Source: Gammaproteobacteria bacterium (lineage in GTDB: Bacteria > Pseudomonadota > Gammaproteobacteria > Steroidobacterales > Foliamicaceae). From it: 64,000 nt of DNA. How positions within the stretch are numbered: the stretch's first letter is position 1; each line of letters begins with the position of its first letter. Of this stretch, positions 1 to 11,179 are shown piece by piece. The stretch covers positions 975,878 to 1,039,877 of the forward strand of contig CBDATM010000001.1 of NCBI GenBank assembly GCA_965200225.1, in the 5' to 3' direction. A model generated the notes under the pieces. The model was not told the DNA's origin. It saw only the letters and a list, made by a program, of their open reading frames with translations, and did not search any database. The translations under genes and the position numbers were made by a program.

Positions 1-356
1 TGAAGTGGTGCGAGGACAGGATCGATGAACTGAACGGCCGCCGCAGCCTGCTTACGCCCCTGTGGTACGCCGGTTCCTTCGGCATCGGCGCGCTCGCCGG
101 GCTGTTCGGCGACCGCTCAAGCCTGGGGTTCCTTGCCGAAACCGAAGCTCAGGTAGAAAGTCACCTCAACAGCCATCTGTCGCAACTGCCGCGGTCCGAC
201 CATCGCAGCCGCAAGATCCTGGAACGCATGCGCGAGGACGAAATCCGCCACGGCCGCAACGCCGAGAAGGCCGGGGCCGAACCACTGCCCGAAGCAGCGC
301 GCTCGGCCATGCGGCTGGTGTCGAAGTGCATGACCACAACCGCGCGCCATGTCTGA
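1..356 (+). CDS. coq7: Coq7-type ubiquinone biosynthesis hydroxylase, C-terminal part (5' end outside window)
   Basis: The frame opens at nt 3 and stops at TGA 354-356. It translates [66 protein letters not shown], which resembles the second di-iron half of Coq7. It is absent from the ORF track because no start lies in the window. Confidence 0.8.
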   Translation, partial: KWCEDRIDELNGRRSLLTPLWYAGSFGIGALAGLFGDRSSLGFLAETEAQVESHLNSHLSQLPRSDHRSRKILERMREDEIRHGRNAEKAGAEPLPEAARSAMRLVSKCMTTTARHV

Positions 357-368
357 GGGCAATCCGGC

Positions 369-1034
369 ATGAAGCGCGCCCGCATCGCACCCTCCATCCT
401 TTCCGCAGATTTTGCCCGCCTGGGCGAGGAAGTCGAAGCCGTGCTCCAAGCTGGCGCCGACGTTATTCACTTCGACGTCATGGATCATCACTACGTGCCC
501 AATCTGACCGTGGGCCCACTGGTGTGCCGGGCCTTGCGCGATTACGGAATCGAGGCGCCCATCGACGTGCACCTGATGGTGAGCCCCGTGGATGAGCTGG
601 CGCGCTCCTTCGCCGAAGCCGGGGCCAGCATCGTGAGTTTCCATCCCGAAGCCAGCGGCCACGTGGACCGCACCATCGCCCTGATCCGCGAGCATGGCGC
701 CCGGCCGGGCCTGGCGTTCAATCCCGCCACGCCGCTCAACTGGCTCGATCACACCCTGCAGGCTCTGGACCTGGTGCTCATCATGTCGGTGAATCCCGGA
801 TTCGGCGGCCAGCAGTTCATTCCGCAAAGCATCGACAAGATTGCCGCCGCCAGGAAACGCATCGACGCTTGCGGCCGCGATGTCTGGCTGGAGGTGGATG
901 GCGGCGTAAAGGCCGGCAACATCGCCGAAATCTCTGCCGCCGGCGCCGATACCTTCGTGGCCGGCTCCGCCATCTTCGGCGCCTCTGACTACGCCGCCGC
1001 CATCCGCGAAATGCGCCGCTCCCTGCGCGAATAG
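369..1034 (+). CDS. rpe: ribulose-phosphate 3-epimerase
   Basis: 221 aa. [41 protein letters not shown] and EVDGGV are typical Rpe motifs. Confidence 0.95.
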   Translation: MKRARIAPSILSADFARLGEEVEAVLQAGADVIHFDVMDHHYVPNLTVGPLVCRALRDYGIEAPIDVHLMVSPVDELARSFAEAGASIVSFHPEASGHVDRTIALIREHGARPGLAFNPATPLNWLDHTLQALDLVLIMSVNPGFGGQQFIPQSIDKIAAARKRIDACGRDVWLEVDGGVKAGNIAEISAAGADTFVAGSAIFGASDYAAAIREMRRSLRE

Positions 1035-1076
1035 CGGGAGGGGCGGGAAGAAACTCGGCAGGATGCTACAGACGGG

Positions 1077-1889
1077 TCAACGAATGCCGCGCTGTTCCTT
1101 GATGCGCTCGTAGGCGCGGTTGACTTCTCGGGTCCTTTCCCGGGCCCGCTCCATCATCGCTTCGGGCAAGCCTTTGGCCACCAGCTTGTCGGGGTGATTC
1201 TCCTTCATCAGGCGCCGGTAGGCGGTTTTTATTTCCTGATCGCTGGCGTTGGATTTGACGCCTAGCGCCTGATAAGCGTATTCCAGCGGTTCGGTTCGCA
1301 CCGGTCCCGCGCGTCCGTTTCCGCCCGCAAAGCCGAATCGCAGGCGCGCCTGCGCCTCGAGCTGGCTGATGTCCCAACGCGAAAGGCCCAGACCCGCTCC
1401 GATCCGATTCAGGACCGCGCGCTCCTCCGGAGTAACGTCGCCATGCGCAAACGCCACGAAGAACTGCGTATGCACGAAGAACTGGCGCAGCAGCGGCTGC
1501 CCGCGGCAGGCCTCGTTCATCCCCGCCAGTTCCCCTTCGAGGTCGAAGTCCGGCAATTTGCCCTCATTGAAATAGGCGATGGCCTGCTGCATCTGGGCGG
1601 CGTTCAGCCGCATGCCCTGCATGATCTGGCGCGCGGCGCGGATTTCTTCTTCACTGACGCGGCCGTCGGCCTTGGCAATATGCCCCATCACTCGGAAAGT
1701 GGCCGCAAAGAACACCTGCCGCCGGTTTTCCGTGCCGACCGACCAGGTGGTCCGGAAACTGCCCCGCCTGCCGGTCAGGCTGCGGTCCGCCATGTGACCC
1801 AGCAACAGTCCCAGGAACGCTCCCGGCAGATTTCCGAACATGAAGCCGAGGATGAATCCGGCTGTTTTTCCGAGCAGATAGAGGTGCAT
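1077..1889 (-). CDS. djlA: co-chaperone DjlA (membrane-anchored J-domain protein)
   Basis: An N-terminal TM segment (AGFILGFMFGNLPGAFLGLLLG), a TerB-like middle and a C-terminal J domain (YQALGV..AYRRLMKENHPDK). I trimmed the start to the internal Met MHLYLL of the 336-aa ORF. Confidence 0.85.
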   Translation of the reverse strand: MHLYLLGKTAGFILGFMFGNLPGAFLGLLLGHMADRSLTGRRGSFRTTWSVGTENRRQVFFAATFRVMGHIAKADGRVSEEEIRAARQIMQGMRLNAAQMQQAIAYFNEGKLPDFDLEGELAGMNEACRGQPLLRQFFVHTQFFVAFAHGDVTPEERAVLNRIGAGLGLSRWDISQLEAQARLRFGFAGGNGRAGPVRTEPLEYAYQALGVKSNASDQEIKTAYRRLMKENHPDKLVAKGLPEAMMERARERTREVNRAYERIKEQRGIR

Positions 1890-1920
1890 TGGGAGGGGCT
1901 TTCGGCGCGCGCTACGCAAG

Positions 1921-2883
1921 ATGTGTCGCGGGGCCATAGAATACGCCCAGCATGCACGGATCAGGGAGCAAGCAGTGACCTTATCGTATACCGAAATCCC
2001 GGGCTTGAAAGCCATTGGCCGAGGCAAAGTGCGCGATCTGTACGCCGTGGGCGAGGATCGTCTCTTGTTGGTGACCAGCGACCGCATTTCGGCCTACGAC
2101 GTGGTCCTGCCGGACCCGATTCCGGGGAAGGGCCGGGTGCTTACCAGCCTGTCGCGCTTCTGGTTCGCGAATACCGGGCACATCGTGCGCAATGCGCTGC
2201 TGGACACGCCGGTAGCGGACGTGGCCGCTGGCCTTGAGCCGCGCGACCTCGCTGATCTGGAGTCCCGGGCCGTTCTGATGGAAAGAGTGCGCGCGCTGCC
2301 GATCGAGGCGGTGGTCCGCGGTTACCTGATCGGTTCGGGATGGAAGGACTACCGGGCAAGCGGCCAGGTGTGCGGCATTCGCTTGCCGGAAGGGCTGCAG
2401 CTCGCTGAACGCCTTCCGGAACCCATTTTCACGCCTGCGACCAAGGCTGCGCCGGGCGAGCATGACCGCAATATCGGCATGGACGAGGCGGCGGAACTGG
2501 TTGGCGCGGAGTTGGCCGGGCGGGTGCGCGACGTGTCGCTGGCGCTGTTCGCTCATGGCGCGGACCACGCCGCCGAGCGCGGCATCATCGTGGCGGACAC
2601 CAAGTTCGAGTTCGGGATCAACGCCGCCGGCGAACTGGTCCTGATCGACGAAGTGCTTACGCCCGATTCCTCCCGCTTCTGGTCGGCTGCCGATTACCGG
2701 GTGGGCACATCGCCGCCGAGTTACGACAAGCAGTACGTGCGCGATTATCTGGACTCGGTTTCCTGGGACCATCAGCCGCCGGCGCCGCGCCTGCCCCAAG
2801 AGGTGATCGCGCGCACCGTCGAGAAGTACGAGGCCGCGCTTTCCATGCTCGCCGGCCGCCTCGGGGAGCAGGTAAATCTATAA
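1921..2883 (+). CDS. purC: phosphoribosylaminoimidazole-succinocarboxamide (SAICAR) synthase, long form
   Basis: GKVRDLY, LLLVTSDRISAYD and ADTKFEFG motifs. The start is uncertain; an alternative in-frame GTG lies at 1975. Confidence 0.9.
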   Translation: MCRGAIEYAQHARIREQAVTLSYTEIPGLKAIGRGKVRDLYAVGEDRLLLVTSDRISAYDVVLPDPIPGKGRVLTSLSRFWFANTGHIVRNALLDTPVADVAAGLEPRDLADLESRAVLMERVRALPIEAVVRGYLIGSGWKDYRASGQVCGIRLPEGLQLAERLPEPIFTPATKAAPGEHDRNIGMDEAAELVGAELAGRVRDVSLALFAHGADHAAERGIIVADTKFEFGINAAGELVLIDEVLTPDSSRFWSAADYRVGTSPPSYDKQYVRDYLDSVSWDHQPPAPRLPQEVIARTVEKYEAALSMLAGRLGEQVNL

Positions 2884-2894
2884 TTGAGGATGGC

Positions 2895-2978
2895 GCGGAA
2901 GTGGCGGAACTGGTAGACGCGCAGGATTTAGGTTCCTGTGGGGTGATCCCCTTGAGAGTTCGAATCTCTCCTTTCGCA
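2895..2978 (+). tRNA. tRNA-Leu (anticodon TAG)
   Basis: Acceptor GCGGAAG pairs with CTTTCGC. Anticodon arm is CAGGA-TTTAGGT-TCCTG, with a long variable arm and T arm GAGAG-TTCGAAT-CTCTC. CCA is not encoded. Confidence 0.9.
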
Positions 2979-3022
2979 TCGGTTTCTCGCCCTCTCGAAA
3001 GACTAGCATTTATTTTGCAACC

Positions 3023-4384
3023 ATGAATCTCGACAGCGCCAGCTACAAGGTGGAAGAGGGTGAAGGTCTTCGCCGCACGCTGCACGTGCAGATTCCCGCT
3101 GCCGTCATGCAGGAGGAGTTCCTGACGCGGCTGGGCGCTGTGCGGCGCCGCACCCGTATTCGAGGCTTTCGTCCCGGCAAGGCGCCGATCAAGTTGATTC
3201 GGCAGCGCTATGGCCAGGAAGTATGGGACGAACTGATCCGCGAAACCATCGAGCGAAGTTTCCGGGAAGGCGCGCAGCGCCAGGAGCTGCGCGTGGTGGG
3301 CAGCGGCGAGGTCAAGGCCAGGAAGATCACGGAAGGCTTGGATCTGGAGTATGAGGCCACCTTCGACGTGTTTCCGGATATCGAGTTGAGCAGTCTGGAG
3401 GAGCTGAGCTACGAAGAGCCGGTCGTGGAGATTCAATCACGCGACGTGGAGCGCACCGTGGACCGGCTGCGCCGCGGGGAGGCCGAATGGAAGGACGTGG
3501 AACGGCCGGCCAGAGACGGGGACCGCATGGTGGTGAACCTGAGAGCTTCCCGCCGCCGCGAAACGCTTCCGCCGGGCGAACTCAAGGAAGTCCCGCTGAT
3601 GCTCGGCGAAACTCGGCTGATGCCCCAACTCAAGGAGCGCCTGATGCGCCTGTCGGCCTCGCAAAAGAAGAAGTTTCGGCTCAAGATGCCGCCGGATTAC
3701 CCGGAAGAAAGCCTTCGCGGCAAGCGCGTTCTGTATGAAGTGGAGGTGATGGGCCTGTCCGAACCGCTGCTTCCGGACCTCGACGAGGATTTCGTGCGGA
3801 AGTTGGGCGTGGACAGTGGCTCGGCCGAAGAGCTTCGCTCAAGCGTGCGGACAAGCCTTGAGAACGAACTGAAGTCCGTGTCGGCAGCGCATAAGCGCCA
3901 GTCGCTATTCGACCAGTTGCTGGAGGCCAACGAGGGCCCGGTCCCGAAATCGCTGGCAGACCGGGAGGTGGAGCAGTTGCTGGCTGGCATGCGCTCTCCC
4001 CCGTCTCCCGAAGCGCAGGGCGCCGAGGGCGAAGAAGAGCCGCGGGAAAATGCCGATCAGCCCGAAGAAACGCCAGAGATGCGCGCTGCGGCCGAACGTC
4101 GCGTTCGCCTGCAACTGCTGGTGACGGAGCTGGCCTCACGCGAACAGATCAGCCCCGATGAGCAGATTCTGCGCGAGCAACTGCAGGCAATGGCGGCCGG
4201 CACGCCGGACCCGGAAGCCGCGTTTGCGCAGTTGGCCGGGAATCGGGATATTGTCGGCGGCCTGCGCGCGGGAATCCGCGAGGAGCAGGTGCTCGAATGG
4301 CTCTACGAGCGCGCCGCCGTCAGCAAGCAAAACATGAGCTTCGACGAACTCATGGAACCCATGCCGCCTGTCCTCACCGGCTGA
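3023..4384 (+). CDS. tig: trigger factor
   Basis: 453 aa in the position 5' of clpP-clpX-lon. The N-terminal ribosome-binding region includes IRGFRPGKAP. Confidence 0.93.
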   Translation: MNLDSASYKVEEGEGLRRTLHVQIPAAVMQEEFLTRLGAVRRRTRIRGFRPGKAPIKLIRQRYGQEVWDELIRETIERSFREGAQRQELRVVGSGEVKARKITEGLDLEYEATFDVFPDIELSSLEELSYEEPVVEIQSRDVERTVDRLRRGEAEWKDVERPARDGDRMVVNLRASRRRETLPPGELKEVPLMLGETRLMPQLKERLMRLSASQKKKFRLKMPPDYPEESLRGKRVLYEVEVMGLSEPLLPDLDEDFVRKLGVDSGSAEELRSSVRTSLENELKSVSAAHKRQSLFDQLLEANEGPVPKSLADREVEQLLAGMRSPPSPEAQGAEGEEEPRENADQPEETPEMRAAAERRVRLQLLVTELASREQISPDEQILREQLQAMAAGTPDPEAAFAQLAGNRDIVGGLRAGIREEQVLEWLYERAAVSKQNMSFDELMEPMPPVLTG

Positions 4385-4474
4385 GGAATGCAACCTGAAA
4401 GCAACTTGTCCGTCCGCCGCAACAAGCCCCTGACAGCGGAATAGCGCGAGAACGAGAACCGAGGAAGCACGCGA

Positions 4475-5104
4475 ATGAATGAAAAAGCACTGAACCTGGT
4501 GCCGATGGTGGTGGAGCAGACCGCCCGCGGCGAGCGCGCCTACGACATCTATTCGCGCTTGCTCAAGGAGCGTCTGGTGTTCGTAGTGGGCGCCGTGGAC
4601 GACCACATGGCCAACCTGATCGTGGCGCAACTGATTTTCCTGGAGTCGGAGAATTCCGGCAAGGACATCAGCCTTTACATCAACTCTCCGGGCGGAATGG
4701 TGAGTTCCGGGCTCTCCATCTACGACACCATGCAGTTCATCAAGCCGGACGTAAGCACGCTTTGTCTGGGCCAAGCCGCCAGCATGGGTGCCCTGCTGCT
4801 CGCCGGCGGCGCCAGAGGCAAGCGCTATTGCCTGCCTCATTCGCGCGTAATGATCCACCAGCCCATGGGCGGATACCAGGGTCAGGCCTCGGACGTGGAC
4901 ATCCACGCCCGTGAAATACTCAAGACCCGCGAGCGTCTGAACAGGATCCTGGCAGAGCACACCGGGCAGCCGCTCAAACGCATCGCCCGCGACACCGATC
5001 GCGACCACTTCATGAGCGGCGAGGAAGCCTGCAAGTACGGACTGATCGACAAGGTTCTCGTCAGCCGGGAAGAGGTCGCCGACACCGAAGAGGGGACGGA
5101 ATAG
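4475..5104 (+). CDS. clpP: ATP-dependent Clp protease proteolytic subunit
   Basis: [31 protein letters not shown] (active-site Ser) and MIHQP. Confidence 0.97.
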   Translation: MNEKALNLVPMVVEQTARGERAYDIYSRLLKERLVFVVGAVDDHMANLIVAQLIFLESENSGKDISLYINSPGGMVSSGLSIYDTMQFIKPDVSTLCLGQAASMGALLLAGGARGKRYCLPHSRVMIHQPMGGYQGQASDVDIHAREILKTRERLNRILAEHTGQPLKRIARDTDRDHFMSGEEACKYGLIDKVLVSREEVADTEEGTE

Positions 5105-5163
5105 TCGGAGGCGGGTACAATGCCGCAGCGCCCTTGAGGCGCGGCCGCATCCAATAAAGACTC

Positions 5164-6483
5164 ATGTCCAGCAAGAAGAACCGTGGCGGAGGAGGCGAGC
5201 GCAAGCTCCTGTATTGCTCGTTCTGCGGCAAGAGTCAGCATGAAGTGCGAAAGCTCATCGCCGGCCCGTCCGTGTACATCTGCGACGAGTGCGTTGAATT
5301 GTGCATCGACATCATCCGCGAGGAATTCGAGGACCGCGCCGAGAACCAGCCGGTCTCCCTGCCTCTGCCGGCCGGCATCATGAAGTTCCTCAACGAATAC
5401 GTGATCGGCCAGGACCGCGCCAAGAAGGTCCTCTCGGTTGCCGTATACAACCATTTCAAGCGGATGCGCTCGCGCCGCCGCGAAAAGGATGCGCCCCAGG
5501 TGGAAATCGCCAAGAGCAACATCCTGCTGATCGGCCCTACCGGCTGCGGCAAGACCCTGCTGGCCGAGACGCTGGCCCGCATCCTCAACGTGCCCTTCAC
5601 CATCGCCGACGCCACCACGCTGACCGAGGCCGGCTACGTGGGCGAGGACGTGGAGAACATCATTCAGAAGCTGCTGCAAAAGTGCGACTACGACGTCGAG
5701 AAGGCGCAGACCGGCATCGTGTATATCGACGAGATCGACAAGATCTCGCGCAAGTCGGACAATCCCTCCATTACCCGCGACGTGTCCGGTGAGGGCGTGC
5801 AGCAGGCTCTGTTGAAGCTCATCGAGGGCACGATAGCCTCGGTGCCGCCGCAGGGCGGCCGCAAGCACCCGCAACAGGAATTCCTGCAGGTGGACACGTC
5901 CAACGTCCTGTTCATCTGCGGAGGCGCCTTTGCGGGTCTGGACAGCATCATCCGCAACCGAACCGAACGCAGCGGGATCGGCTTTACCGCCGAGGTTCGC
6001 GGGGAAGACCAGAGCCAGCAACTGGGAGAATTGCTGTCCCACGTCGAGCCTGAGGATCTCATCCGCTACGGGCTGATTCCCGAGTTCGTGGGGCGCCTGC
6101 CGCTGGTGGCCACGCTGGACCCGCTGGACATGGAGGCGCTGGTCGCCATCCTGGTGCAGCCGAAGAACGCGCTCACCAAACAGTATCGCGCGCTGTTCGA
6201 AATGGAAAACTGCGAGCTGGAGTTTCATGACGGCGCGCTGGAGGCTATTGCCGAGCGCGCCATGAAGCGTAATACGGGCGCTCGCGGACTGCGAACCATT
6301 CTGGAGAGCGTGCTGCTGGACACCATGTTCGAGCTTCCGTCGATGAAGAATGCGCGCCGCGTGGTGCTGGACCGCGGCGCCATCCAGGGCCAGAACGAGC
6401 CCTACGTGGTGTACGAGAGCGGGGAGCCGCTGGCTCTGAAGCCGCCCAAGGAATACGCGAGGCCTACCGGGTCGGAGGGCTAG
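5164..6483 (+). CDS. clpX: ATP-dependent Clp protease ATP-binding subunit ClpX
   Basis: Zinc finger CSFCGK..CDEC, Walker A GPTGCGKT and Walker [10 protein letters not shown]. Confidence 0.97.
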   Translation: MSSKKNRGGGGERKLLYCSFCGKSQHEVRKLIAGPSVYICDECVELCIDIIREEFEDRAENQPVSLPLPAGIMKFLNEYVIGQDRAKKVLSVAVYNHFKRMRSRRREKDAPQVEIAKSNILLIGPTGCGKTLLAETLARILNVPFTIADATTLTEAGYVGEDVENIIQKLLQKCDYDVEKAQTGIVYIDEIDKISRKSDNPSITRDVSGEGVQQALLKLIEGTIASVPPQGGRKHPQQEFLQVDTSNVLFICGGAFAGLDSIIRNRTERSGIGFTAEVRGEDQSQQLGELLSHVEPEDLIRYGLIPEFVGRLPLVATLDPLDMEALVAILVQPKNALTKQYRALFEMENCELEFHDGALEAIAERAMKRNTGARGLRTILESVLLDTMFELPSMKNARRVVLDRGAIQGQNEPYVVYESGEPLALKPPKEYARPTGSEG

Positions 6484-6580
6484 CCGGCAATTCCGGGGGC
6501 TGGACTTCCTTCTGGCCGGCCCCATATCCTTAGCAGGGCGCAAGAACAAGAAAGGTAACCGTCGTGATTGAGGCGAACTG

Positions 6581-9025
6581 ATGAGCGAAGATTCCAAGAC
6601 TGAAGTGGGCGTCCGGCGACGTCTTGCGGTCCTGCCATTGCGCGATGTGGTCGTGTACCCGCACATGGTTGTGCCGCTTTTCGTAGGCCGCAAGCCGTCC
6701 ATTCTCTCCTTGGAAAACGCCATGGCCGTGGGCAAGGAAATTCTGCTGGTGGCGCAGCGCAAACCGGAGGTGGATGCGCCCGAGGCCGAGGACATCTACC
6801 GGGTGGGCACCCTGGCTACCGTTCTGCAGATGATGAAAATGCCGGACAAGACCGTGAAGGTGATGGTTCAGGGTGTACAGCGCGTCAACCTGAAGTCACT
6901 CCAGACGGCCGATTTTTTCAGCGCCGAGTACGAACCCGTTTCCGAACAGCGCGACGCGGAGACCACGGCCGAGGAAATGGAGGCGCTGCGCCGGTCCCTG
7001 CTGACGCAGTTCGAGTCCTACGTCAAGCTGCACAAGAACGTGCCGCCCGAGGCCCTGGCCGGAGTGTCGGGGCTCACCGACAGCGGCCGGCTGGCGGACA
7101 CGGTAGCCGCGCACATGCAGTTGGCGCTGGAGAAGAAGCAGGCCGTGCTGGAGACCGGCGATCCGGTCAAGCGCATCGAGTGCCTGGTGGGCCTGATGGA
7201 CAGCGAAATCGACATGCTGCGGATCGAGCGCAAGATTCGCGGGCGGGTAAAGACGCAGATGGAAAAGAGCCAGCGCGAGTACTACCTGAATGAGCAGATG
7301 AAGGCCATTCAGAAGGAACTGGGCGAGCTGGATGAGGCGCCGGACGAAATTTCCAAACTTGAGAAGGGGATCCGGGAAGCGGGAATGACCAAGGAGGCGC
7401 AGGAAAAAGCGCTCACGGAGCTGGGCAAGCTCAAGATGATGGCGCCGATGTCCGCCGAGGCCACCGTGGTGCGGAACTACCTCGACTGGCTGCTAAAGAT
7501 GCCATGGAAGAAGCAGCGCCGCATAAACGGCAACCTCAAGCGCGCCGAGCAGGTCCTGGAGGAAGATCACTACGGGCTGGAAAAGGTCAAGGAGCGCATC
7601 CTCGAATATCTCGCGGTGCAGAAGCGTGTGCGGTCCCTGAAAGGTCCCATTCTGTGTCTCGTCGGCCCGCCGGGAGTGGGCAAGACGTCATTGGGACGGT
7701 CCATCGCCCGCGCCACCAACCGGGAATTTGTCCGCATGTCGCTGGGCGGCGTGCGCGACGAGGCCGAGATTCGCGGACACCGGCGCACCTATATTGGCGC
7801 GCTGCCGGGCAAGATTGTTCAGAACCTGGCCCGCACCGGAGTGCGCAATCCGCTGTTCCTGCTCGATGAAGTGGACAAGATGTCGATGGACTTTCGCGGC
7901 GACCCGTCCTCGGCCTTGCTGGAGGTGCTGGACCCCGAGCAGAACTCATGCTTCAACGATCACTACCTGGAGGTGGCCTTCGATCTGTCCCGCGTCATGT
8001 TCGTTTGCACCGCCAACAGGCTGGCGATTCCCCCGCCGCTGCTGGACCGCATGGAGGTGTTGCGCATCCCCGGCTATACCGAAGACGAGAAAATGGCCAT
8101 CGCCCGCCACTACCTGATCAAGAAGCAGATGAAGAACAACGGCGTGCGCGACAACGAACTGAAGTTTACCCGCGGCGGGCTGCGCAGCATCATTCGCCAC
8201 TACACCCGCGAGGCGGGCGTTCGCAACCTGGAGCGCGAGATCGCGCGCGTGTGCCGCAAGGTCGTCAAGCAGCAGTTGTTGCGTCCGGCCGAGCATGAAA
8301 TCTGTATAGGCCCGAGCAAGTTGAACAGCTATCTGGGTGTGCGGAAGTTCCGCTACGGCCGCGCCGAGAACCAGAACCGCGTGGGGCAGGCTCAGGGACT
8401 GGCCTGGACCGAGTTGGGTGGCGAACTGTTGCGCATCGAGGCCTCGGTGGCGCCCGGCAAGGGGAAGCTCACGCTGACCGGCAAGCTGGGGCAGGTGATG
8501 CAGGAATCCATCCAGGCTGCGCTCACGGTGGTGCGCACGCGCACTACCATGCTGGGACTGGACCCCGGCTTTTCGGCGGCGAACGACATGCATGTGCATT
8601 TGCCGGAAGGCGCTACGCCGAAAGACGGGCCTAGCGCCGGAATCGGCATGTGCACCGCGCTCGTTTCCGCGCTCACGCGAATTCCCATTCGTGCCGATGT
8701 CGCCATGACCGGCGAGATTACCCTGGGCGGCGAAGTGTTGCCCGTGGGGGGGCTGAAGGAAAAGCTGCTCGCGGCCCACAGGGGCGGAATCTCCACGGTG
8801 CTGATTCCGGAAGAATGCGTGAAGGATCTGGTCGAAATCCCCGCCAACGTGAAGCGCAACCTGGATATCCGCTCGGTCCGCTGGATTGACGAGGTGCTGG
8901 AGCTCGCTCTGGAACGCATGCCCGAGGTGGCTGCGCCCGCGCCCGCGCGCCAGGATCAGGACGCCCCTGCGGCATCAACGCCGGCTGCCGGTCCGCCCCC
9001 AGCCGAACAGCCGCGCGCCCACTGA
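6581..9025 (+). CDS. lon: Lon protease
   Basis: 814 aa. Walker [10 protein letters not shown] and catalytic serine context PKDGPSAG. Confidence 0.97.
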   Translation: MSEDSKTEVGVRRRLAVLPLRDVVVYPHMVVPLFVGRKPSILSLENAMAVGKEILLVAQRKPEVDAPEAEDIYRVGTLATVLQMMKMPDKTVKVMVQGVQRVNLKSLQTADFFSAEYEPVSEQRDAETTAEEMEALRRSLLTQFESYVKLHKNVPPEALAGVSGLTDSGRLADTVAAHMQLALEKKQAVLETGDPVKRIECLVGLMDSEIDMLRIERKIRGRVKTQMEKSQREYYLNEQMKAIQKELGELDEAPDEISKLEKGIREAGMTKEAQEKALTELGKLKMMAPMSAEATVVRNYLDWLLKMPWKKQRRINGNLKRAEQVLEEDHYGLEKVKERILEYLAVQKRVRSLKGPILCLVGPPGVGKTSLGRSIARATNREFVRMSLGGVRDEAEIRGHRRTYIGALPGKIVQNLARTGVRNPLFLLDEVDKMSMDFRGDPSSALLEVLDPEQNSCFNDHYLEVAFDLSRVMFVCTANRLAIPPPLLDRMEVLRIPGYTEDEKMAIARHYLIKKQMKNNGVRDNELKFTRGGLRSIIRHYTREAGVRNLEREIARVCRKVVKQQLLRPAEHEICIGPSKLNSYLGVRKFRYGRAENQNRVGQAQGLAWTELGGELLRIEASVAPGKGKLTLTGKLGQVMQESIQAALTVVRTRTTMLGLDPGFSAANDMHVHLPEGATPKDGPSAGIGMCTALVSALTRIPIRADVAMTGEITLGGEVLPVGGLKEKLLAAHRGGISTVLIPEECVKDLVEIPANVKRNLDIRSVRWIDEVLELALERMPEVAAPAPARQDQDAPAASTPAAGPPPAEQPRAH

Positions 9026-9304
9026 AAAGCAAAGCGCAGCATGCCGGTTTTCGCCGGCAACGCGGGCGCAGGAAAGTTGAGAAGATGCACAACGCGCACA
9101 GGAATGCGTACAGTGCATTGCGGGGGCTGCGGGATTGGTACATAATTCCCGACCTTCGGGGCAATCGGGCCGTATTGCCTTTGTTGGCGCGGCCCTGCCA
9201 TAGATTGGAGAAGATGCCCGGGACCAGGGGGGAATGTGAATGTCCTTGACGGACGGCGTCACGGATCTTTCCGGTAGATTCCGGCCCAGCTTTTGGAGAA
9301 TTGC

Positions 9305-9577
9305 ATGAACAAACGGGAACTCGCGGATAACGTGGCTGCTGCTGCGGACCTTGGCAAAGCGGACGCAGCCAGGGCTGTTGACGCGGTTTTGGGCGCCATC
9401 AGCGGTGCTTTGGGACAGGGAGACTCGGTTTCTCTGGTGGGTTTCGGAACCTTCAGCGTCAAGCACCGTGCCGCTCGGCAGGGACGTAATCCACGTACAG
9501 GCGAAACCATACAGATCGCCGCTACTTCGGTTCCCGGTTTCAAGGCAGGCCGCGCCCTGAAGGATGCCGTAAACTGA
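9305..9577 (+). CDS. hupB: DNA-binding protein HU
   Basis: [38 protein letters not shown] moved the start to the internal ATG of ORF 9293..9577. Confidence 0.93.
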   Translation: MNKRELADNVAAAADLGKADAARAVDAVLGAISGALGQGDSVSLVGFGTFSVKHRAARQGRNPRTGETIQIAATSVPGFKAGRALKDAVN

Positions 9578-9632
9578 TCGCTTCCTGCCGCCGCCTGGCT
9601 GTGGCGGGGTCAGCGCGGGTTATGGCGCCGCA

Positions 9633-9705
9633 GGGTGCTTAGCTCAGTTGGGAGAGCGTCGCTCTTACACGGCGAAGGTCGGGGGTTCAAGCCCCTCAGC
9701 ACCCA
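9633..9705 (+). tRNA. tRNA-Val (anticodon TAC)
   Basis: GGGTGCTTAGCTCAGTTGGGAGAGC..CTTACAC..GGTTCAAGCCCC..AGCACCCA cloverleaf. CCA is not encoded. Confidence 0.9.
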
Positions 9706-9709
9706 TGGC

Positions 9710-9786
9710 GGAGTGGTAGTTCAGATGGTTAGAATACCGGGCTGTCAATCCGGTGGTCGCGGGTTCGAGTCCCGTCCACTCCGCCA
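9710..9786 (+). tRNA. tRNA-Asp (anticodon GTC)
   Basis: GGAGTGGTAGTTCAG..CTGTCAA..GGGTTCGAGTCCCGTCCACTCCGCCA. It is close to the E. coli tRNA-Asp layout, and CCA is encoded. Confidence 0.92.
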
Positions 9787-9972
9787 CCCTATACTTTTTA
9801 GGGGTCTGCTAGAGTCCACGATTCCGCCGGAAATCCCTTATAAAACAAGGGTATTGTTTCCATAGCAGTCCATTGCGGTTTTCTTGCTTCCATGATACGA
9901 TGTATCAATGAAAGCGAGAAATGGCTAGGCACAAACGGCTTGGCGCGAAGCTCGTAGAAGCGCTCAAACACG

Positions 9973-10308
9973 ATGGGCGAACCCGCTCGGCGCAGCGGCA
10001 CTACGACGGAGACGGGTCCGGGCTGCGCGCTGCTTTTTCCGAGTCTGCGGGGCAAGCCGCTTTCCGACGCCACAATCAGCAAACTGGTGCGCGAGAACGG
10101 CATACGGGCGGTGCCGCATGGTTTCCGTTCGAGCTTCCGAGTCTGGGCCGCAGAAGTCGCCGATGCGTCCCACGATGTCATGGAGGCGGCATTGGCGCAC
10201 ACAATCCGCAATCCCGTGGTGCGTGCCTACGCCCGCACCGACCTGTTCGACAAGCGGCGGGCGTTGATGGAGCGATGGGCGGCGCACTGCGCCGGGGAAT
10301 CGCCATGA
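9973..10308 (+). pseudogene. P4-type tyrosine integrase, C-terminal remnant only
   Basis: LLFPSLRGKPLSDATISKLVRENGIRAVPHGFRSSFRVWAAEV..EAALAHTIRNPVVRAYARTDLFDKRRALMERWA matches the last ~95 aa of tRNA-associated integrases (HGFRSSFR, ALAH, AY). The N-terminal ~300 aa are absent. Confidence 0.75.
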
Positions 10309-10384
10309 GCAGAGCCGAGAGAACGCACGCTCTGCGGGACGCGGGCAAGCGCCCGGACATCCTCGCAAACATTGCAAGAGCAAT

Positions 10385-11179
10385 TCACCCACTGGCGCCA
10401 TAGTCAAATTCCCTGCGCAAGGCTTCCGGCGAGACCCGTTTGATGCCGGCCTGCGAGGAGCGGAAGTGAACGCGCTTCATCAGGGCTTGCGCTGTCAGTC
10501 CCTGGCGCAACGGGAATCCACGCTTGCCGACGCGCGTCAGCAGCGGGCCGGGCCACCCGCCGCGCCAGCGTAGCCAAGCCCGCACATACCGCAGTAGCTT
10601 GTCGTCGGCGTCACTTGTTGCGGGGCGTCTTATCACAGTCCTCCTGAAGAGTGCTTGAAGGTTCACTACAAGGTTGTTGCCAGCCTTGCTTGTGATTGCA
10701 TACGCATCGCTGCCCACGTCGATTTGGATATCGCCGCTAGCGCCCATCACCCGGGACATCCCGTTAGCGCGTCCGAATTCGTCGAGCGTCAGCCTTGCCA
10801 CCTCCGCCCGGCGCAGCTTCGCATAGAACATCAGGGCGATGGCGGCCGCGTCCCTTGCGCCCGTCGCAGAGGTGATGTCACGCTCGCAAACGCGGAAGAG
10901 GGCGGCGACATCAGCCAGCGCAACCTCGGACGGCGAACGGGGGGACGGAGGGCAAGACACGAGAACGCCGGCCAGGCGCCGATACTGGTTCGCATCCAGC
11001 AGCTTCGCAGCCAGGAAAAGGCTGCGGCGCATGCCATTCCGGCTCCCGCCTTCAGCCAGCCCGGAGAGGTAGCGCTCGACCGGTGAGTCGGCCAGCAAAG
11101 GCCGGCCGCCAAGCCCGAGGGCGGCGTGGTAGGCAGCGAGGGCCGCCCGCAGGCGGTCCGTTGCTTTCACGCCACTCAT
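10385..11179 (-). CDS. tyrosine-recombinase-like protein, degenerate and C-terminally truncated
   Basis: A box-I-like segment (AAIALMFYAKLRRAEVARLTLDEF) and a box-II-like segment (LTAQALMKRV..AGIKRVSPEALRREF). Glu sits where the HxxR His is expected, and the ORF stops before the Tyr nucleophile. The ATG at 11179 overlaps the upstream gene's TGA as ATGA. Confidence 0.45.
   Translation of the reverse strand: MSGVKATDRLRAALAAYHAALGLGGRPLLADSPVERYLSGLAEGGSRNGMRRSLFLAAKLLDANQYRRLAGVLVSCPPSPRSPSEVALADVAALFRVCERDITSATGARDAAAIALMFYAKLRRAEVARLTLDEFGRANGMSRVMGASGDIQIDVGSDAYAITSKAGNNLVVNLQALFRRTVIRRPATSDADDKLLRYVRAWLRWRGGWPGPLLTRVGKRGFPLRQGLTAQALMKRVHFRSSQAGIKRVSPEALRREFDYGASG

Noticed and set aside
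4882-6795. Very long ORFs antisense to well-supported genes. Examples are 4882-6795 opposite clpX, 18104-19930 opposite nhaB, 32123-34888 opposite the TonB receptor, 39256-41169 opposite the IorB-like gene, 42708-44381 opposite the MFS gene, 60804-62165 opposite frr/uppS and 52366-54660 opposite glnD.
   Set aside because: Their translations are Arg/Ala/Gly/Pro-rich and low-complexity, with no recognisable motifs. Each fully overlaps a gene with clear family signatures. Stop-poor antisense frames are expected in DNA this GC-rich.
9025-9292. A possible terminator hairpin, GCCGG-TTTTCG-CCGGC, after lon, and other weak GC hairpins after hupB and tsf.
   Set aside because: The stems are only 5 bp and lack a following T-run, so the support is insufficient to annotate them.
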